DNA of 64,000 nucleotides, from the IMG/VR virus record IMGVR_UViG_3300017435_000029. One strand, 5' to 3'. Position 1 is the stretch's first letter. Each line of letters begins with the position of its first letter. Below, in pieces: positions 42,237 to 53,221 of the stretch. Both the position numbers and the translations under genes were made by a program. The notes under the pieces are model-generated. The model was given only the letters and a program-made list of their open reading frames with translations. It had not been told where the DNA came from and ran no database searches. The stretch comes from a virus.

Positions 42237-45200
42237 ATGTCGGGCGTTATTATCGACGTAGAAACGAACTCTGAGAAGGCCAAGAGCGACCTGCGTTCAC
42301 TGAACCGGTCGCTGGCAGACATGGTACTGTCCGGCAACAAGGCCGGTCGCTCGCTGTCCACCGTGGACAACGGGCAGTTCAAGCAGCTCGACAAGAGCGT
42401 GCAGCGGTCCACCGAGAGCATGAAGAGCTTCGGTCGCTCCGGCTCCTCCTCGCTGAGGGCCGTCGCCAGCGACACCGCCGCGCTCCGGGCCAACATCGAC
42501 ATCCTCAAGGGCTCCGTGCTCGCGGTCGCGGGCGTCTTCGCGGCCACGCAGGGCGCTAGGCTCTTCACCCGCGCGGGCGACGACCTGCTCGAGATGCAGA
42601 ACCGCCTCAAGCTGGTGACCGAGGGCACCCGCGAGCTGGCCACGCGCCAGCGGCAGCTGTTCTCGACCGCGCGCGACACCCGGACCTCGTTCGCGGCCAA
42701 CGTCCAGATCTTCACGACCTTCTCGAAGGCGCTGGAGAAGGCGAACGTGTCGGGCGACCGGGTCGTCAAGATCAACAAGACCATCCAGCAGGCGGGCACC
42801 CTCTCGGGCGCCTCCGTGGAGGGCCTCAACGCCGCGCTCATCCAGCTCGGCCAGGGCATCGGCTCCGGCGTCCTCCGCGGCGAGGAGTTCAACTCCGTCA
42901 TGGAGCAGATGATGTACCTCGGCAACGGGCTCGCGAAGAGCCTCGGGGTGAGCATCTCCCAGCTGCGCAAGATGGCCAACGACGGTGAGCTGACCACCGA
43001 GAAGCTGGTCGGGGCGCTGGAGAAGATGGCGTCCACCACGGAGCGCGACTTCCAGAAGACCGCCGTGTCGACGTCGAAGGGCATCGCCTCGCTCCGCCAG
43101 TCGCTGGCCTACTTCTTCGGAGACCTGAACCAGACCGTCGGCGTCAGCCAGACGATGGGCTCGGCCTTCCAGAAGATGAGCGAGCGGGTGAGCTTCGGGG
43201 CGGACGGCATGGTGATCCGCCTGACGACGGTCCGCCGAGCTTTCAAGAACTACTTCGACCAGCTGCGCACCGTCGCCGGCTCGGGGTTCGACCTCAAGAA
43301 GGCGTTCTACCTCAGCGACGACGACCGCGTGAACGAGACCCAGCGCGCCCTCAAGGAGCGCAGCGCCTCGATGGTCAAGCGCATCCAGGAGCTCATGCGG
43401 GGCCAGCGCGACGCCGACTCGCAGGCGGGCAACCTCGTCAGCAAGCTCTTCGGACGAATCAAGCGTCCGTCGAAGGAGGACGGGGGCTTCTTCGACATGG
43501 GCGACACCCGCCGTACCGTCCGGGCCATCGTCGACACCTCCGCCCAGATCGCCAAGGCGGTCGAGACCACGGGCTGGATGATCAAGCGCATCGTCCCCAC
43601 GGTCCGCACCCCGATGATCCGCTTCCGCGAGGAGATCCTCAGCAGCTTCGCCGTCACCAACAAGGAGATGGAGACCTCCGTCTACAAGAAGATGCTGCCC
43701 CTCATCCGCAAGGTCGAGGTGGCGCGCGACGCCTTGACGGTGGGTATCAACGACGACGCGGCGCCCCGCGCCTTCGTGGAGCTGTTCAAGTCGGCTGACA
43801 TCGAGCAGTTCGCGGAGCGCCTGTCGCGCCTGAACGACCTGATGGACAACCACTTCATCCGCTGGAACAGCATGGGCTACTTCCTCGGGGAGAAGCGCCG
43901 CGCCCTGGTCTACAGCTGGCTGTTCCCGACGCAGGACCTCCTGGTCAAGCTCGGTCTGATGCAGAACCGGCTGTTCATGATCCGCGACACCAAGCTGGAT
44001 CGCACGGTCGCGTACTTCAAGCTCATCGGCGACATGATCGCCCGCGCGTACAACGACCTCGTAGCGCCTGACCTGAACCTCTTCGCCTACAAGGTGAAGA
44101 TCGGCATCCTCGTGGTCGCCAAGACCGCGCTGGACATGCTCAAGGATACCTTCAACTTCGCGAACGGCAAGGCCCTCGGGGCCGGTCTCGTGAAGGGCGT
44201 GGGGGCGGCGCTCGGTGCCGTCGTCTCGGTGGCTAAGCGGCTGGTCAGCTTCGACTTCGGCTCAGACGCCGAGAGCAAGAAGCTCGCCGCCCGCCTCCGC
44301 GACTCACTCATGGGCGCGATGGCGAGCATCCCCGGCTTCTTCGGGGGCCTGGTGACCGGCATCGGCCGTCAGCTCGCCGACGCGTTCGAGAGCATCGACT
44401 TCTCGGCGCTGCTGGACGGTCTGCGGGGCACCCTGACCGCGGCCGTGGGCTGGGTCAAGAAGATGTTCGATGACATCCTCGGGTACACCGACAAGCCGCT
44501 GGCCTCGGTGGAGCGGCGCGTTCGCGCGTTCGGGGACCGCGTCAAGGGTGTCTTCTACGACGCGTGGGACGCGGTCGTGGGCCACAGCTACTGGCCCGAC
44601 CTCGTGGACGACGTCAACGACTACACTAAGCACCTGTTCAAGTCGAACAAGCTGGTGGACCAGTTCAAGGAGATCATTCTCCGCAGCTTCCGCAGCCTGT
44701 ACGAGTCCGTCTCGAAGATGGGCGGCAAGGCGGCGGACACTCTGAGTCAGGTCAGCCTCACCATCCGCAAGGTGGACTGGGGCCAGAGCGCCAAGAACAT
44801 CGCCGGCCAGCTTGGCACCGTGCTGTACGCCGCCTTCACGATCCTCCGCTCGAGCTCCGGCCCGCTGCGACTGATCTCGGCGGCCTACCTCCTGTCTATC
44901 ATGGACACCGCGACGGGCGGCCTGCTCCGCAACCTCGCGCCGACCATCGGCGACGTGGGCGGTGCCATGGGCGCCCAGCTGGCGGTCATGATGGGCAAGG
45001 GCCTGTTCGAGGGCTTCGTGCTCATCGGCCACGCGCTGCCTAAGTTCCTGGAGTCGATGTTCGTCAACCTGGGGCAGGCCACCTTCGGGTTCGACCTGTT
45101 CGGCAACATCTTCCGCGCGCTGGACAACTTCGTCCCGGTGTTCAGCAACAACATGATCGGGGCCATCGCCGCCATCACCGTGGCGTGGCTGAAGTTCACC

Positions 45201-48200
45201 GGGCAGCTCAAGGTCGACAAGCTCAAGGGCTTGATGGAGATCTTCACCGGGACCAAGAAGAAGGACGGCTCCGTCAAGGAGCACGGCGTCGGCGCGGCCT
45301 TCTTCGAGGGCTACGCGGGTCCGCTGGTCGGCAACGCCGCCAAGTTCCTGCCGTCCGGCCAGATCGCCAAGAAGCTCATCGACCAGCCCGCGTTCGCGCT
45401 GGCGGCGGCGGGCATCCTCAGCGCGGGCCTGACCGACGCCTTCAAGATGACCGACGCCTTCTCGGCGGCCGTCCCGTTCATGGCCATCGCGGTCATGGGC
45501 AAGGGCGGCGGCGCGCGGCTCCTCAAGGACATCGCGTCTGGCCTGTTCAAGGTCGTCAGGGGCGCGTCGGCCATCGTGGCGAGGGAGGTGGCGACCACCG
45601 TCCTGCCCCGCGAGACCGGTGCCGCGTTTCTGCGCTTCATGGACAACTTCGACCTGTCAAAGTACAGGCCGAGGGTCGCCCCAGGCGCCCAGGCCGGCAT
45701 GTTCTCCGACGTCAGCCGCAACTTCAAGCAGATGCTGGTTAACCTCGAGATGAACCGGAAGCGGTACGCCGAGGGTGCCATCGACCTCAGCGAGACGCTG
45801 TTCAAGAGCTCGCCCGTCGGGCCCAACGGACCCGTCCAGCCCGTCGACACGAGCTTCAAGCGCAGCTTCGACGACCTGCTGAACCAGATGGGCTACACCG
45901 AGGGCGCGGTGGCGCGTACTCGGGACCGCATCCGCACCGGGATGGACAACTTCTACCTCGGGCTGCAGGCGGCGGCGACCAACGCCAACGTCGGCCTCCG
46001 TGCCGCGTTCTCGCGGCTGTCCGAGATGATGCTGTCGATACTCCGCAACAAGGCCCTGCTGGTCGCCCTCGCGGCGGCCATCGCTGTGGGCATGGCCGGC
46101 ACCGCCAACGCGGCCACCGGCACCGCCGACGCCTTCTCCCAGCTGGGCGACCGCCTGGCTCCCGTGGCCATCGCGGCTGCGGCCCTCTACGCCACGTTCA
46201 AGGGCATCAAGCTCCTGGCCGGGGCCAGCCGCATCGACATGAAGGTCAAGAGGGACTACTACTCGGAGAACGTTGGCCCCGAGGTCGACCGCTACCGAGA
46301 CGTCCTGCGCGGCAAGGCTAGGGACCGCATCGACGAGTACGACTCCATGTCGCGCTCGGAGCGCAAGGCTAACGGCTACACCACGCGGTCGGCGCTCAGC
46401 GACTCGCTGGACGAGGACATCGCCCGCAAGGCGGCGGCCCGCGAGAAGGAGCTCAAGGGCTACTACAAGAAGGACGCCGACGCGGCGGGTGGCTCCGCCA
46501 TGAAGGCGTACCTGCTGGCCCCGTTTCAGTCCCTCAAGGACGCCCTGACCCAGAAGCCCTCGGTGGACACCGGGGCGCTCAAGGAGAACGCGTCCTACCT
46601 CAAGGGGTTCGCCAGCGCCCTCCGCGCGGCCACCATCGCGACGCTGTTCAACACCAAGGCTCAGGCGGCCCAGGCCGCGCAGGGCACCCGCAGGGCCACC
46701 CAGGGCGCGTTCAGGGACCTCGTCCCGGCCAACCGTCGCCTCGCCGACAACAGCTTCAAGCCCGCCGGGCTGCTGACCTACCGTCTGGACGACGCCGAGA
46801 AGAAGGGGGCCTCCGCGGCCGCCTCCATGCTCAGCGGAGCCGGGCTGGCCGGCGGCCTCAAGAAGATGGGCGGCGCTCTCGCCAAGGGTGCGGGCGGCAT
46901 CGTAGGGTTCGTCCCCAAGCTGCTCGGCTTCCTCGGCCCGTGGGGCAAGCTCGCGGCCGTGGCCCTCACGCTGGGCGGTGTCCTCTACGGGGCGATCGGC
47001 CCTATGGAGGGCTTCATGGACAACCTGAAGCTCGCAGCCGCTAACCTAGCCGCGCTGTTCGGCATCGAGATCAAGACGAAGGCCAAGGAGCTGAACTCGC
47101 TCGTCACCGACTTCGGCAAGTCCGAGGTGGACGGCGACAAGTTCGACATCACCGAGCAGCTGCGCAACATCGACGGCAACAAGCTGTCCGACGCGCAGAT
47201 CGAGGGCCTCCGCAACGCGCTGGCCGCGTCCAACGACACCTTCAAGATGCTGAACGACGCCTCCGTGGCGCAGGGCGGCAAGCTGACGGCGGCGCAGGAG
47301 GCGGAGAAGCAGCGCACCCGCTCCGAGGTGGAGGGGCTCCTGGTCCGCTACCCGCAGAGGGAGACGGCCTCTTCCAAGGACTTCGGCCAGCAGATGGCCA
47401 TCATGCAGCGTCGCCGGGTGCAGGGGGACAACTCGTTCTCCGGCAACTTCAGCAGGCTGCTGGGCGGCGACACCTCCAACGTGGTCGCCAGCGGCAACGG
47501 CGCCTTCTCGCTGTTCTACGACGTACGCGACAACCTGTCCGACTTCTCCACCGGCCTGCAGGGCGCGGTGGCGGCCCTCGGCGCTTGGGTCACGGGAGTG
47601 GCCACCTTCGACGTCGCCAAGTGGCTGGTCCAGAAGGGTCGGGAGAATTCCGAGACGTTCACGGCGGTCGACGACTTCCTGAACGGCATCGGCCCCGCGA
47701 TCCGCGAGCGCATCCGGGACAAGGACAACGCTCCCGCCCAGATGTACAACGAGTTCGAGAAGGGCTTCATGGGTGACACCACGAAGTACTTCAAGGACCT
47801 GCAGCGGGCCCAGCCGGACGTCGCCAACAAGGTGATCTCGGCCCGTGACCAGTACGACAAGGCGGCTCGTCAGGCCGAGTCCACCCGCAAGGTGGTGCAG
47901 GCGGGCGGCTACGACAGGTCCATGGGCGACCGCGACCCCGAGGACGCGCAGAGGCGCTACCAGAGGGAGCTGGCGTTCCTGGCCCGGATCGAGCAGTCCT
48001 ACCGCCGCATCGGCATCGCGGCCGGCAAGATCGGCAAGTTCGAGAACCAGAAGGAGGCCCTCCGGGTCGGCCTGAAGAACTTCGCGAACCGCACCAAGGA
48101 CCTGGGCGTCGACTTCGGTAAGGAGGGCGAGAAGTTCTTCGGGACCGACCGCAACATGGCCTCCTTCGACGCCTACGCGCAGCAGCGCGACCGCGGACAG

Positions 48201-51200
48201 AAGGCGCTCTCTCGGGTGACCGACAACGCGGGCAGGCTCCGCGCCTCCAACATGGTCTACTCCGCCGAGCAGGGCGCTGCCGGGCTCAAGGAGCAGATGG
48301 ACGCTCGTCGTCTGTTCTCCGGTGCCGTCAAGCAGGGCAGCGAGGCCAACGGCGTGTCCAGCGCCACGCTGGCCGCACTGGCGGTCTCCGGCTCTGCGGC
48401 GGGCAAGGCGCTCAAGCAGGCCAGCGAGAGCTACCTAGAGCTCAAGACCCGCCTAGACACCGCGCCCTCGGACGCTACCCCCGCGCAGCTCCGCAAGCTG
48501 CAGGAGGACGCCGACAGGGCCGAGGCCAAGATGCGGTCGCTCGCGACCAGCTTCACCGGCTTCGAGGGGCTGAACCAGGCCCTCAGTGGCCAGGGTCTGC
48601 AGGGCCTCGACCTCAACCAGTACGTTAAGCTCCCCGACCAGAAGATCCTGGGCCTGAACAAGCTGCTCATGGAGGACATCCCCAGGGCGTCCGACGCGGC
48701 GGCCAGGGCTTTGGCGAAGGTTGGCAAGGACGGCAGCGGCCTGGACGAGTACAAGGCCGCCCTCCAGGGCGTGCTGCGCCTCCAGCGTCAGGCCGAGACC
48801 GTACGGGCTACCGGCATCAGGGACGCAGTCGCGGCCGTGAGCATCGGTGGACCCGCTGGGACCGCCGTCGCAGCTGACGTGGCCGGCGTGCAGCTCAACT
48901 CGAGGCAGCTCCGTAACAAGGGTACGCAGGGCGCGGTGGGCAAGCTCACCACCGCCAACGCCTCCGTGGCAGGCTTCCGGGAGCTCATGGCTACCCGGCC
49001 GCTGAGCGCGGACGAGGCTACCAAGTACGGCAACGCCGTGAGAGACGCGGCGGACGCCCAGGAGGCGCTCGACAAGCTCGGCGAGAAGCCCGAGAAGGTC
49101 AAGAAGGACAAGTACGGCTTCAAGGAGCTCCTCGCCGACGTGAACGAGGCGGGCGTCGCCATAGACGCCCTCGGGTTCTCGCGGCTGGAGGCCACCTCCC
49201 GCAAGTCGCTGTCCAGCATCGCCTCCCAGATCCACGGGATCGAGAAGCAGCTGGAGAAGGCGACCCCGACGCAGGATGTGTCGGGCCTGCTGGTCCGCAA
49301 GGCCAAGCTGCTGGCCGACATGCGCCAGAAGCTGGTCGACGCCTTCGACAAGACGGGCAAGGCCATCGGCGAGTCGCTGTCCCGCTCGGGCCTCAGCGAC
49401 AAGGCGCAGCTCGCGCAGCTCAGCGCGGGCCAGGTGAAGCAGATCGTCGAGTACGACAAGCTGATCACCCTGCGCCAGGCCGACCTGGACGACGCCACGG
49501 GGCCGGAGGAGTACGCGCAGGCTCTCCGCAAGGTCCTCAACCTCGAGCAGGAGCGCGCCGCCTACCTCGACCGAGCGACCTCGTCGCCCGACAAGTGGGC
49601 GGAGCGGATCAACGCGATCTTCTCCAGCAGCCTGGACACCACCTCCGCCGACCTCATCGGCTCGGGGCTGGCCGAGTACCTCTCCTCCGCGGCCGACGCC
49701 GTAAAGGCCAAGCTCGAGGAGATGCGCTCTAAGGGGCTGGTCTCGTTCGAGTGGATGCGCGACATCAAGCGCCAGGGCGAGTACATCTCGCTGTTCAGCG
49801 ACGTCGCGACCTCGATGGAGGACTCGATGGTGCGGGGCTCCCGTGCCGCCTTCAAGAAGATCAAGGACCTCGTCCCCGACTACGGCGTCAGCGAGCGCAA
49901 GTTCCGCCGGTTCAGCCCGGACCAGCGGCGCGAGGCGCTCTCCAACGCCGTGAACCTGGACGCGCTCGACAGGGCGCAGTCCCTGCCGAACCTGACGAAG
50001 CCCCTCGCGGACATCCTGAACTCCTTCGACGGCTCTAACCAGGCCGACGTGATGGAGCGCTTCCGCGAGGAGTGGGTTAAGGAGTTCAAGACCAAGTTCG
50101 AGGCGACGCCGCTGGAGTCCTCGATGGACCGGCTGACGACCGCCGTGGACGGCCTGAACACCACCCTCACCGGCAAGAGCGTCATGCCCGCGACCCTGTC
50201 GGCCACCCCGGCCGGCGTCGCTGCCACCCCCGACGACTTCGGCAAGCTGGTCGACATCACCCTGAACACCGAGAGCGGCGGTCGTCGCTACGGCAAGGGC
50301 GGGAAGCTCCTGCGGTCCTCCAAGGGCGCGCAGGGCGAGATGCAGGTCATGCCGGGCACCGCGAGGGACCCCGGCTTCGGGGTGAGGGCTGCTCGGGACG
50401 GCTCGGCGGACGAGCTGGCTCGGGTGGGCAAGGACTACCTGTCCGCCCTCCTCAAGATCTACGGCTCCGTTGACAAGATGTGGGCTGCCTACAACGCTGG
50501 CCCCGGCAACCTGAACAAGGCGATGCGCAGGGGCGGCGAGGACTGGCTCAAGCGGCTCCCCAAGGAGACGCAGGACTACGTGGCCAAGAACATGGCGGCC
50601 TACAAGCCGTCGGTCGCGAGGTCTCCGGAGGCTGAGGGTCAGGACATCGTCGTCACGGCGAACCCTCTCGTGGACTACGGCAGGGGTGAGGTGAACGCCG
50701 ACACGGCCGACAAGATCGACCGTGCTCGCAAGCGCTTCACCGGGGCGAACGGCGGCGGGCTGAAGGACAAGCTGGCTACGGCCGGCATGGACCTGAAGAC
50801 CCTCGACCTCTTCGACCCGAAGCAGCTGGCGAAGCTGGGCGCGTACCAGGAGCGGATCGACGACCTCAACGAGGCCATCGCGGCCGCGGACGCTACCGGG
50901 CAGGACACCTCCGTCCTCGCGCGAGAGCTCCAGAACGTGCAGGGCAACATGGACCGGTTCACCGACCGGGTCGTGCACATGGGCGACTCTCTCCGGCAGG
51001 CCGGGGAGCAGCTGGCCCAGTCCCTGGACCGCAACCTCAACGACGCGCTGTTCAACGCCTTCACCGGTAAGGGCGGCTTCTTCAAGTCGATCTTCAACGG
51101 TCTGTCCCAGGACATCCTCCGTCAGGCCACGGGCGCCATCACCGCCCCGATCACGGGCGAGAACGGCGTCGTGACGCAGGGCATCCGTAGCATCTTCGGA

Positions 51201-52037
51201 GGCAACAAGGACGGCAAGCTCGACCTCGGCGGTGTGGGAGGCTTCTTCGGCGGCCTGTTCGGCAAGAAGAAGAAGAAGGAAGGCCCGCTGGGCTCGTTCA
51301 TGTCGGGCTGGGACTTCAACCCCATCTCCGACAGCCCGGAGAGCGGCGGCATCGGGGGCAACCTCCTGTCCGCCGGCACCAGCGGTATCGGCAAGATCTT
51401 CGGCAAGGGGGCAGGCCTCCTGGACACCGGGATCACCGACGCGGGCACCGGCATCGCCGACCTGTTCGGCAGCACCGGGGGCGACGTCGCCGGCCTGCTG
51501 GGCGACAGCCTGACCAGCGCCGGGACAGACGTTGCCAAGAGCATCGGCGGCTCCCTCAGCGGCATGTCCGCTGGAGGGGTGGTCGGCGCTGCGGCCGGTC
51601 TCGGCTCCCTGTTCGGCACCCTCATCGGGGGCTTCTTCGCAGAGGGCGGGGCCGTCTCGACCAACGGCAAGATCAGCGGCCCCGGCACCGGGACCAGCGA
51701 CAGCATCCTGGCCATGGTCTCCGACGACGAGCACATCATCAAGGCACGGCAGGCACGCAAGTACCGGCCGCTCCTGAACGCCATCAACAACGACACCCTC
51801 CCGAAGTTCGCCACCGGCGGCGTGGTGGGCGCGTCTGAGTCCAGCATGCTAGCCCTGCCCACCGTGGGCACGATCGACGAGTCGAAGCTGCCCTCCCGCC
51901 AGGAGAGCGGCAAGACCGAGATCAACCTTGGCATCACCGGGGACATCAACCGGCAGACCAAGGCGACCATCTACGAGATGCTCCCGCAGATCGCTGCGGG
52001 GGTCAGGCAGCACAATAAGGAACAGGGATACAGGTAA
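42237..52037 (+). CDS. tape measure protein, 3266 aa, with an internal lytic transglycosylase (SLT-like) domain
   Basis: Giant helical ORF downstream of the chaperones. SLT motifs AQGEMQVMPGTA and AAYNAGPGNL lie at about 50330-50520; a Gly-rich C-terminal region follows. Confidence 0.85.
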   Translation: MSGVIIDVETNSEKAKSDLRSLNRSLADMVLSGNKAGRSLSTVDNGQFKQLDKSVQRSTESMKSFGRSGSSSLRAVASDTAALRANIDILKGSVLAVAGVFAATQGARLFTRAGDDLLEMQNRLKLVTEGTRELATRQRQLFSTARDTRTSFAANVQIFTTFSKALEKANVSGDRVVKINKTIQQAGTLSGASVEGLNAALIQLGQGIGSGVLRGEEFNSVMEQMMYLGNGLAKSLGVSISQLRKMANDGELTTEKLVGALEKMASTTERDFQKTAVSTSKGIASLRQSLAYFFGDLNQTVGVSQTMGSAFQKMSERVSFGADGMVIRLTTVRRAFKNYFDQLRTVAGSGFDLKKAFYLSDDDRVNETQRALKERSASMVKRIQELMRGQRDADSQAGNLVSKLFGRIKRPSKEDGGFFDMGDTRRTVRAIVDTSAQIAKAVETTGWMIKRIVPTVRTPMIRFREEILSSFAVTNKEMETSVYKKMLPLIRKVEVARDALTVGINDDAAPRAFVELFKSADIEQFAERLSRLNDLMDNHFIRWNSMGYFLGEKRRALVYSWLFPTQDLLVKLGLMQNRLFMIRDTKLDRTVAYFKLIGDMIARAYNDLVAPDLNLFAYKVKIGILVVAKTALDMLKDTFNFANGKALGAGLVKGVGAALGAVVSVAKRLVSFDFGSDAESKKLAARLRDSLMGAMASIPGFFGGLVTGIGRQLADAFESIDFSALLDGLRGTLTAAVGWVKKMFDDILGYTDKPLASVERRVRAFGDRVKGVFYDAWDAVVGHSYWPDLVDDVNDYTKHLFKSNKLVDQFKEIILRSFRSLYESVSKMGGKAADTLSQVSLTIRKVDWGQSAKNIAGQLGTVLYAAFTILRSSSGPLRLISAAYLLSIMDTATGGLLRNLAPTIGDVGGAMGAQLAVMMGKGLFEGFVLIGHALPKFLESMFVNLGQATFGFDLFGNIFRALDNFVPVFSNNMIGAIAAITVAWLKFTGQLKVDKLKGLMEIFTGTKKKDGSVKEHGVGAAFFEGYAGPLVGNAAKFLPSGQIAKKLIDQPAFALAAAGILSAGLTDAFKMTDAFSAAVPFMAIAVMGKGGGARLLKDIASGLFKVVRGASAIVAREVATTVLPRETGAAFLRFMDNFDLSKYRPRVAPGAQAGMFSDVSRNFKQMLVNLEMNRKRYAEGAIDLSETLFKSSPVGPNGPVQPVDTSFKRSFDDLLNQMGYTEGAVARTRDRIRTGMDNFYLGLQAAATNANVGLRAAFSRLSEMMLSILRNKALLVALAAAIAVGMAGTANAATGTADAFSQLGDRLAPVAIAAAALYATFKGIKLLAGASRIDMKVKRDYYSENVGPEVDRYRDVLRGKARDRIDEYDSMSRSERKANGYTTRSALSDSLDEDIARKAAAREKELKGYYKKDADAAGGSAMKAYLLAPFQSLKDALTQKPSVDTGALKENASYLKGFASALRAATIATLFNTKAQAAQAAQGTRRATQGAFRDLVPANRRLADNSFKPAGLLTYRLDDAEKKGASAAASMLSGAGLAGGLKKMGGALAKGAGGIVGFVPKLLGFLGPWGKLAAVALTLGGVLYGAIGPMEGFMDNLKLAAANLAALFGIEIKTKAKELNSLVTDFGKSEVDGDKFDITEQLRNIDGNKLSDAQIEGLRNALAASNDTFKMLNDASVAQGGKLTAAQEAEKQRTRSEVEGLLVRYPQRETASSKDFGQQMAIMQRRRVQGDNSFSGNFSRLLGGDTSNVVASGNGAFSLFYDVRDNLSDFSTGLQGAVAALGAWVTGVATFDVAKWLVQKGRENSETFTAVDDFLNGIGPAIRERIRDKDNAPAQMYNEFEKGFMGDTTKYFKDLQRAQPDVANKVISARDQYDKAARQAESTRKVVQAGGYDRSMGDRDPEDAQRRYQRELAFLARIEQSYRRIGIAAGKIGKFENQKEALRVGLKNFANRTKDLGVDFGKEGEKFFGTDRNMASFDAYAQQRDRGQKALSRVTDNAGRLRASNMVYSAEQGAAGLKEQMDARRLFSGAVKQGSEANGVSSATLAALAVSGSAAGKALKQASESYLELKTRLDTAPSDATPAQLRKLQEDADRAEAKMRSLATSFTGFEGLNQALSGQGLQGLDLNQYVKLPDQKILGLNKLLMEDIPRASDAAARALAKVGKDGSGLDEYKAALQGVLRLQRQAETVRATGIRDAVAAVSIGGPAGTAVAADVAGVQLNSRQLRNKGTQGAVGKLTTANASVAGFRELMATRPLSADEATKYGNAVRDAADAQEALDKLGEKPEKVKKDKYGFKELLADVNEAGVAIDALGFSRLEATSRKSLSSIASQIHGIEKQLEKATPTQDVSGLLVRKAKLLADMRQKLVDAFDKTGKAIGESLSRSGLSDKAQLAQLSAGQVKQIVEYDKLITLRQADLDDATGPEEYAQALRKVLNLEQERAAYLDRATSSPDKWAERINAIFSSSLDTTSADLIGSGLAEYLSSAADAVKAKLEEMRSKGLVSFEWMRDIKRQGEYISLFSDVATSMEDSMVRGSRAAFKKIKDLVPDYGVSERKFRRFSPDQRREALSNAVNLDALDRAQSLPNLTKPLADILNSFDGSNQADVMERFREEWVKEFKTKFEATPLESSMDRLTTAVDGLNTTLTGKSVMPATLSATPAGVAATPDDFGKLVDITLNTESGGRRYGKGGKLLRSSKGAQGEMQVMPGTARDPGFGVRAARDGSADELARVGKDYLSALLKIYGSVDKMWAAYNAGPGNLNKAMRRGGEDWLKRLPKETQDYVAKNMAAYKPSVARSPEAEGQDIVVTANPLVDYGRGEVNADTADKIDRARKRFTGANGGGLKDKLATAGMDLKTLDLFDPKQLAKLGAYQERIDDLNEAIAAADATGQDTSVLARELQNVQGNMDRFTDRVVHMGDSLRQAGEQLAQSLDRNLNDALFNAFTGKGGFFKSIFNGLSQDILRQATGAITAPITGENGVVTQGIRSIFGGNKDGKLDLGGVGGFFGGLFGKKKKKEGPLGSFMSGWDFNPISDSPESGGIGGNLLSAGTSGIGKIFGKGAGLLDTGITDAGTGIADLFGSTGGDVAGLLGDSLTSAGTDVAKSIGGSLSGMSAGGVVGAAAGLGSLFGTLIGGFFAEGGAVSTNGKISGPGTGTSDSILAMVSDDEHIIKARQARKYRPLLNAINNDTLPKFATGGVVGASESSMLALPTVGTIDESKLPSRQESGKTEINLGITGDINRQTKATIYEMLPQIAAGVRQHNKEQGYR

Positions 52038-52630
52038 TGCCCTACGGTATCGTCGACAACGGGGTCGTCATCGCGCAGTTCGTGGTGCCCATGACGCTAC
52101 GCTCCAACCGGCCCGTGTTCGTCTCCGATACCCTGTCTCTCCGGAGGCAGGTCGGGCGGCGGGCGGCTCAACGCTGGGAACTAGAGACCCGGCTCGAGCC
52201 GCTCGGCGCTGGCGCGCAGGACCTGATGGTCAACCTGGTGACCAGCGGCCACTCGGAGCCGGTTACGATCTACGTCCCCCAGAACGGGGGCGTCATAAAG
52301 AGGCGAACGTCGAACTCGGCGTTCACGGCGACGGGGGCGGCGGGGGCTACGGCCCTCACCGTCTCCGGTAACGGCGGGCTCGTGCCCAAGGGTACGTTCA
52401 TCCGCTTCGCCAACCATTCGAAGGTATATATGCTGACCGCCGACCTGAACGGCAACGGGACGATGAGGATCTTCCCGGAGCTGCGCGTGGCGGTCAACGC
52501 GACATCGCTGACCCACCGAGACAACGTCGTCATGAATTGCCTCTACGACACCGACACAGTGATCGGTATGTCGTACGAGGACGGCGTCCTCATGGACGCG
52601 GGTACGGTCAAGCTAATTGAGAGGATTTGA
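52037..52630 (+). CDS. tail protein (distal tail-like, 197 aa)
   Basis: TAATG overlap with the tape measure gene; assigned by position. Confidence 0.5.
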   Translation: MPYGIVDNGVVIAQFVVPMTLRSNRPVFVSDTLSLRRQVGRRAAQRWELETRLEPLGAGAQDLMVNLVTSGHSEPVTIYVPQNGGVIKRRTSNSAFTATGAAGATALTVSGNGGLVPKGTFIRFANHSKVYMLTADLNGNGTMRIFPELRVAVNATSLTHRDNVVMNCLYDTDTVIGMSYEDGVLMDAGTVKLIERI

Positions 52631-52633
52631 GAT

Positions 52634-53221
52634 ATGTTGCTGTTCAGCCCGAGGGTTCGACAGCTCATCGCCGACGGGCGGGCGAGGGCGTTCTTCTGCC
52701 TTCACCTGCTCAACGCCGATTTGAGCGTCTACCGGGCCTCGACGACCCACTACAACACCGTGAAGCTCGGCAACGACATCACGTACGCCGCGGACGACTT
52801 CATCGTCTCCGTGGACCCACCCAAGATCAGCTCCAACGTCGACCGGGAGCAGTACCGCGTGACGCTGGCCGACCCCGAGTTCCAGGGGGCCGCGGACGCG
52901 GAGAACGGCCTCGTCGGCAAGAGGATGGAGGTTCGCCTCTGCTTCCTGGACCCCGACACCAACCTGCCCCTGACCGACATCGAGGACACGTTCATCGTGT
53001 ACAAGGGGCGGGTCGACGGCATGACGTCCAACGTCAGCACGGAGGAGGTCGGCGAGTCGCTGTTCGACATGACCGGGGCGAGCCCCATGGTCTCGTTGGA
53101 CATGAGCAAGGGCACCTACCTGTCCCGCGACGTCATGCGCGCGAGGGACCCGGAGGACTCGAGCTGCGATAAGATCTATAACGGCTCGGGCGCGCTCGTG
53201 CTAAAGTGGGGGAGGTCCTAA
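52634..53221 (+). CDS. tail protein (195 aa)
   Basis: Assigned by position, between the tape measure and the fibre. Confidence 0.5.
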   Translation: MLLFSPRVRQLIADGRARAFFCLHLLNADLSVYRASTTHYNTVKLGNDITYAADDFIVSVDPPKISSNVDREQYRVTLADPEFQGAADAENGLVGKRMEVRLCFLDPDTNLPLTDIEDTFIVYKGRVDGMTSNVSTEEVGESLFDMTGASPMVSLDMSKGTYLSRDVMRARDPEDSSCDKIYNGSGALVLKWGRS

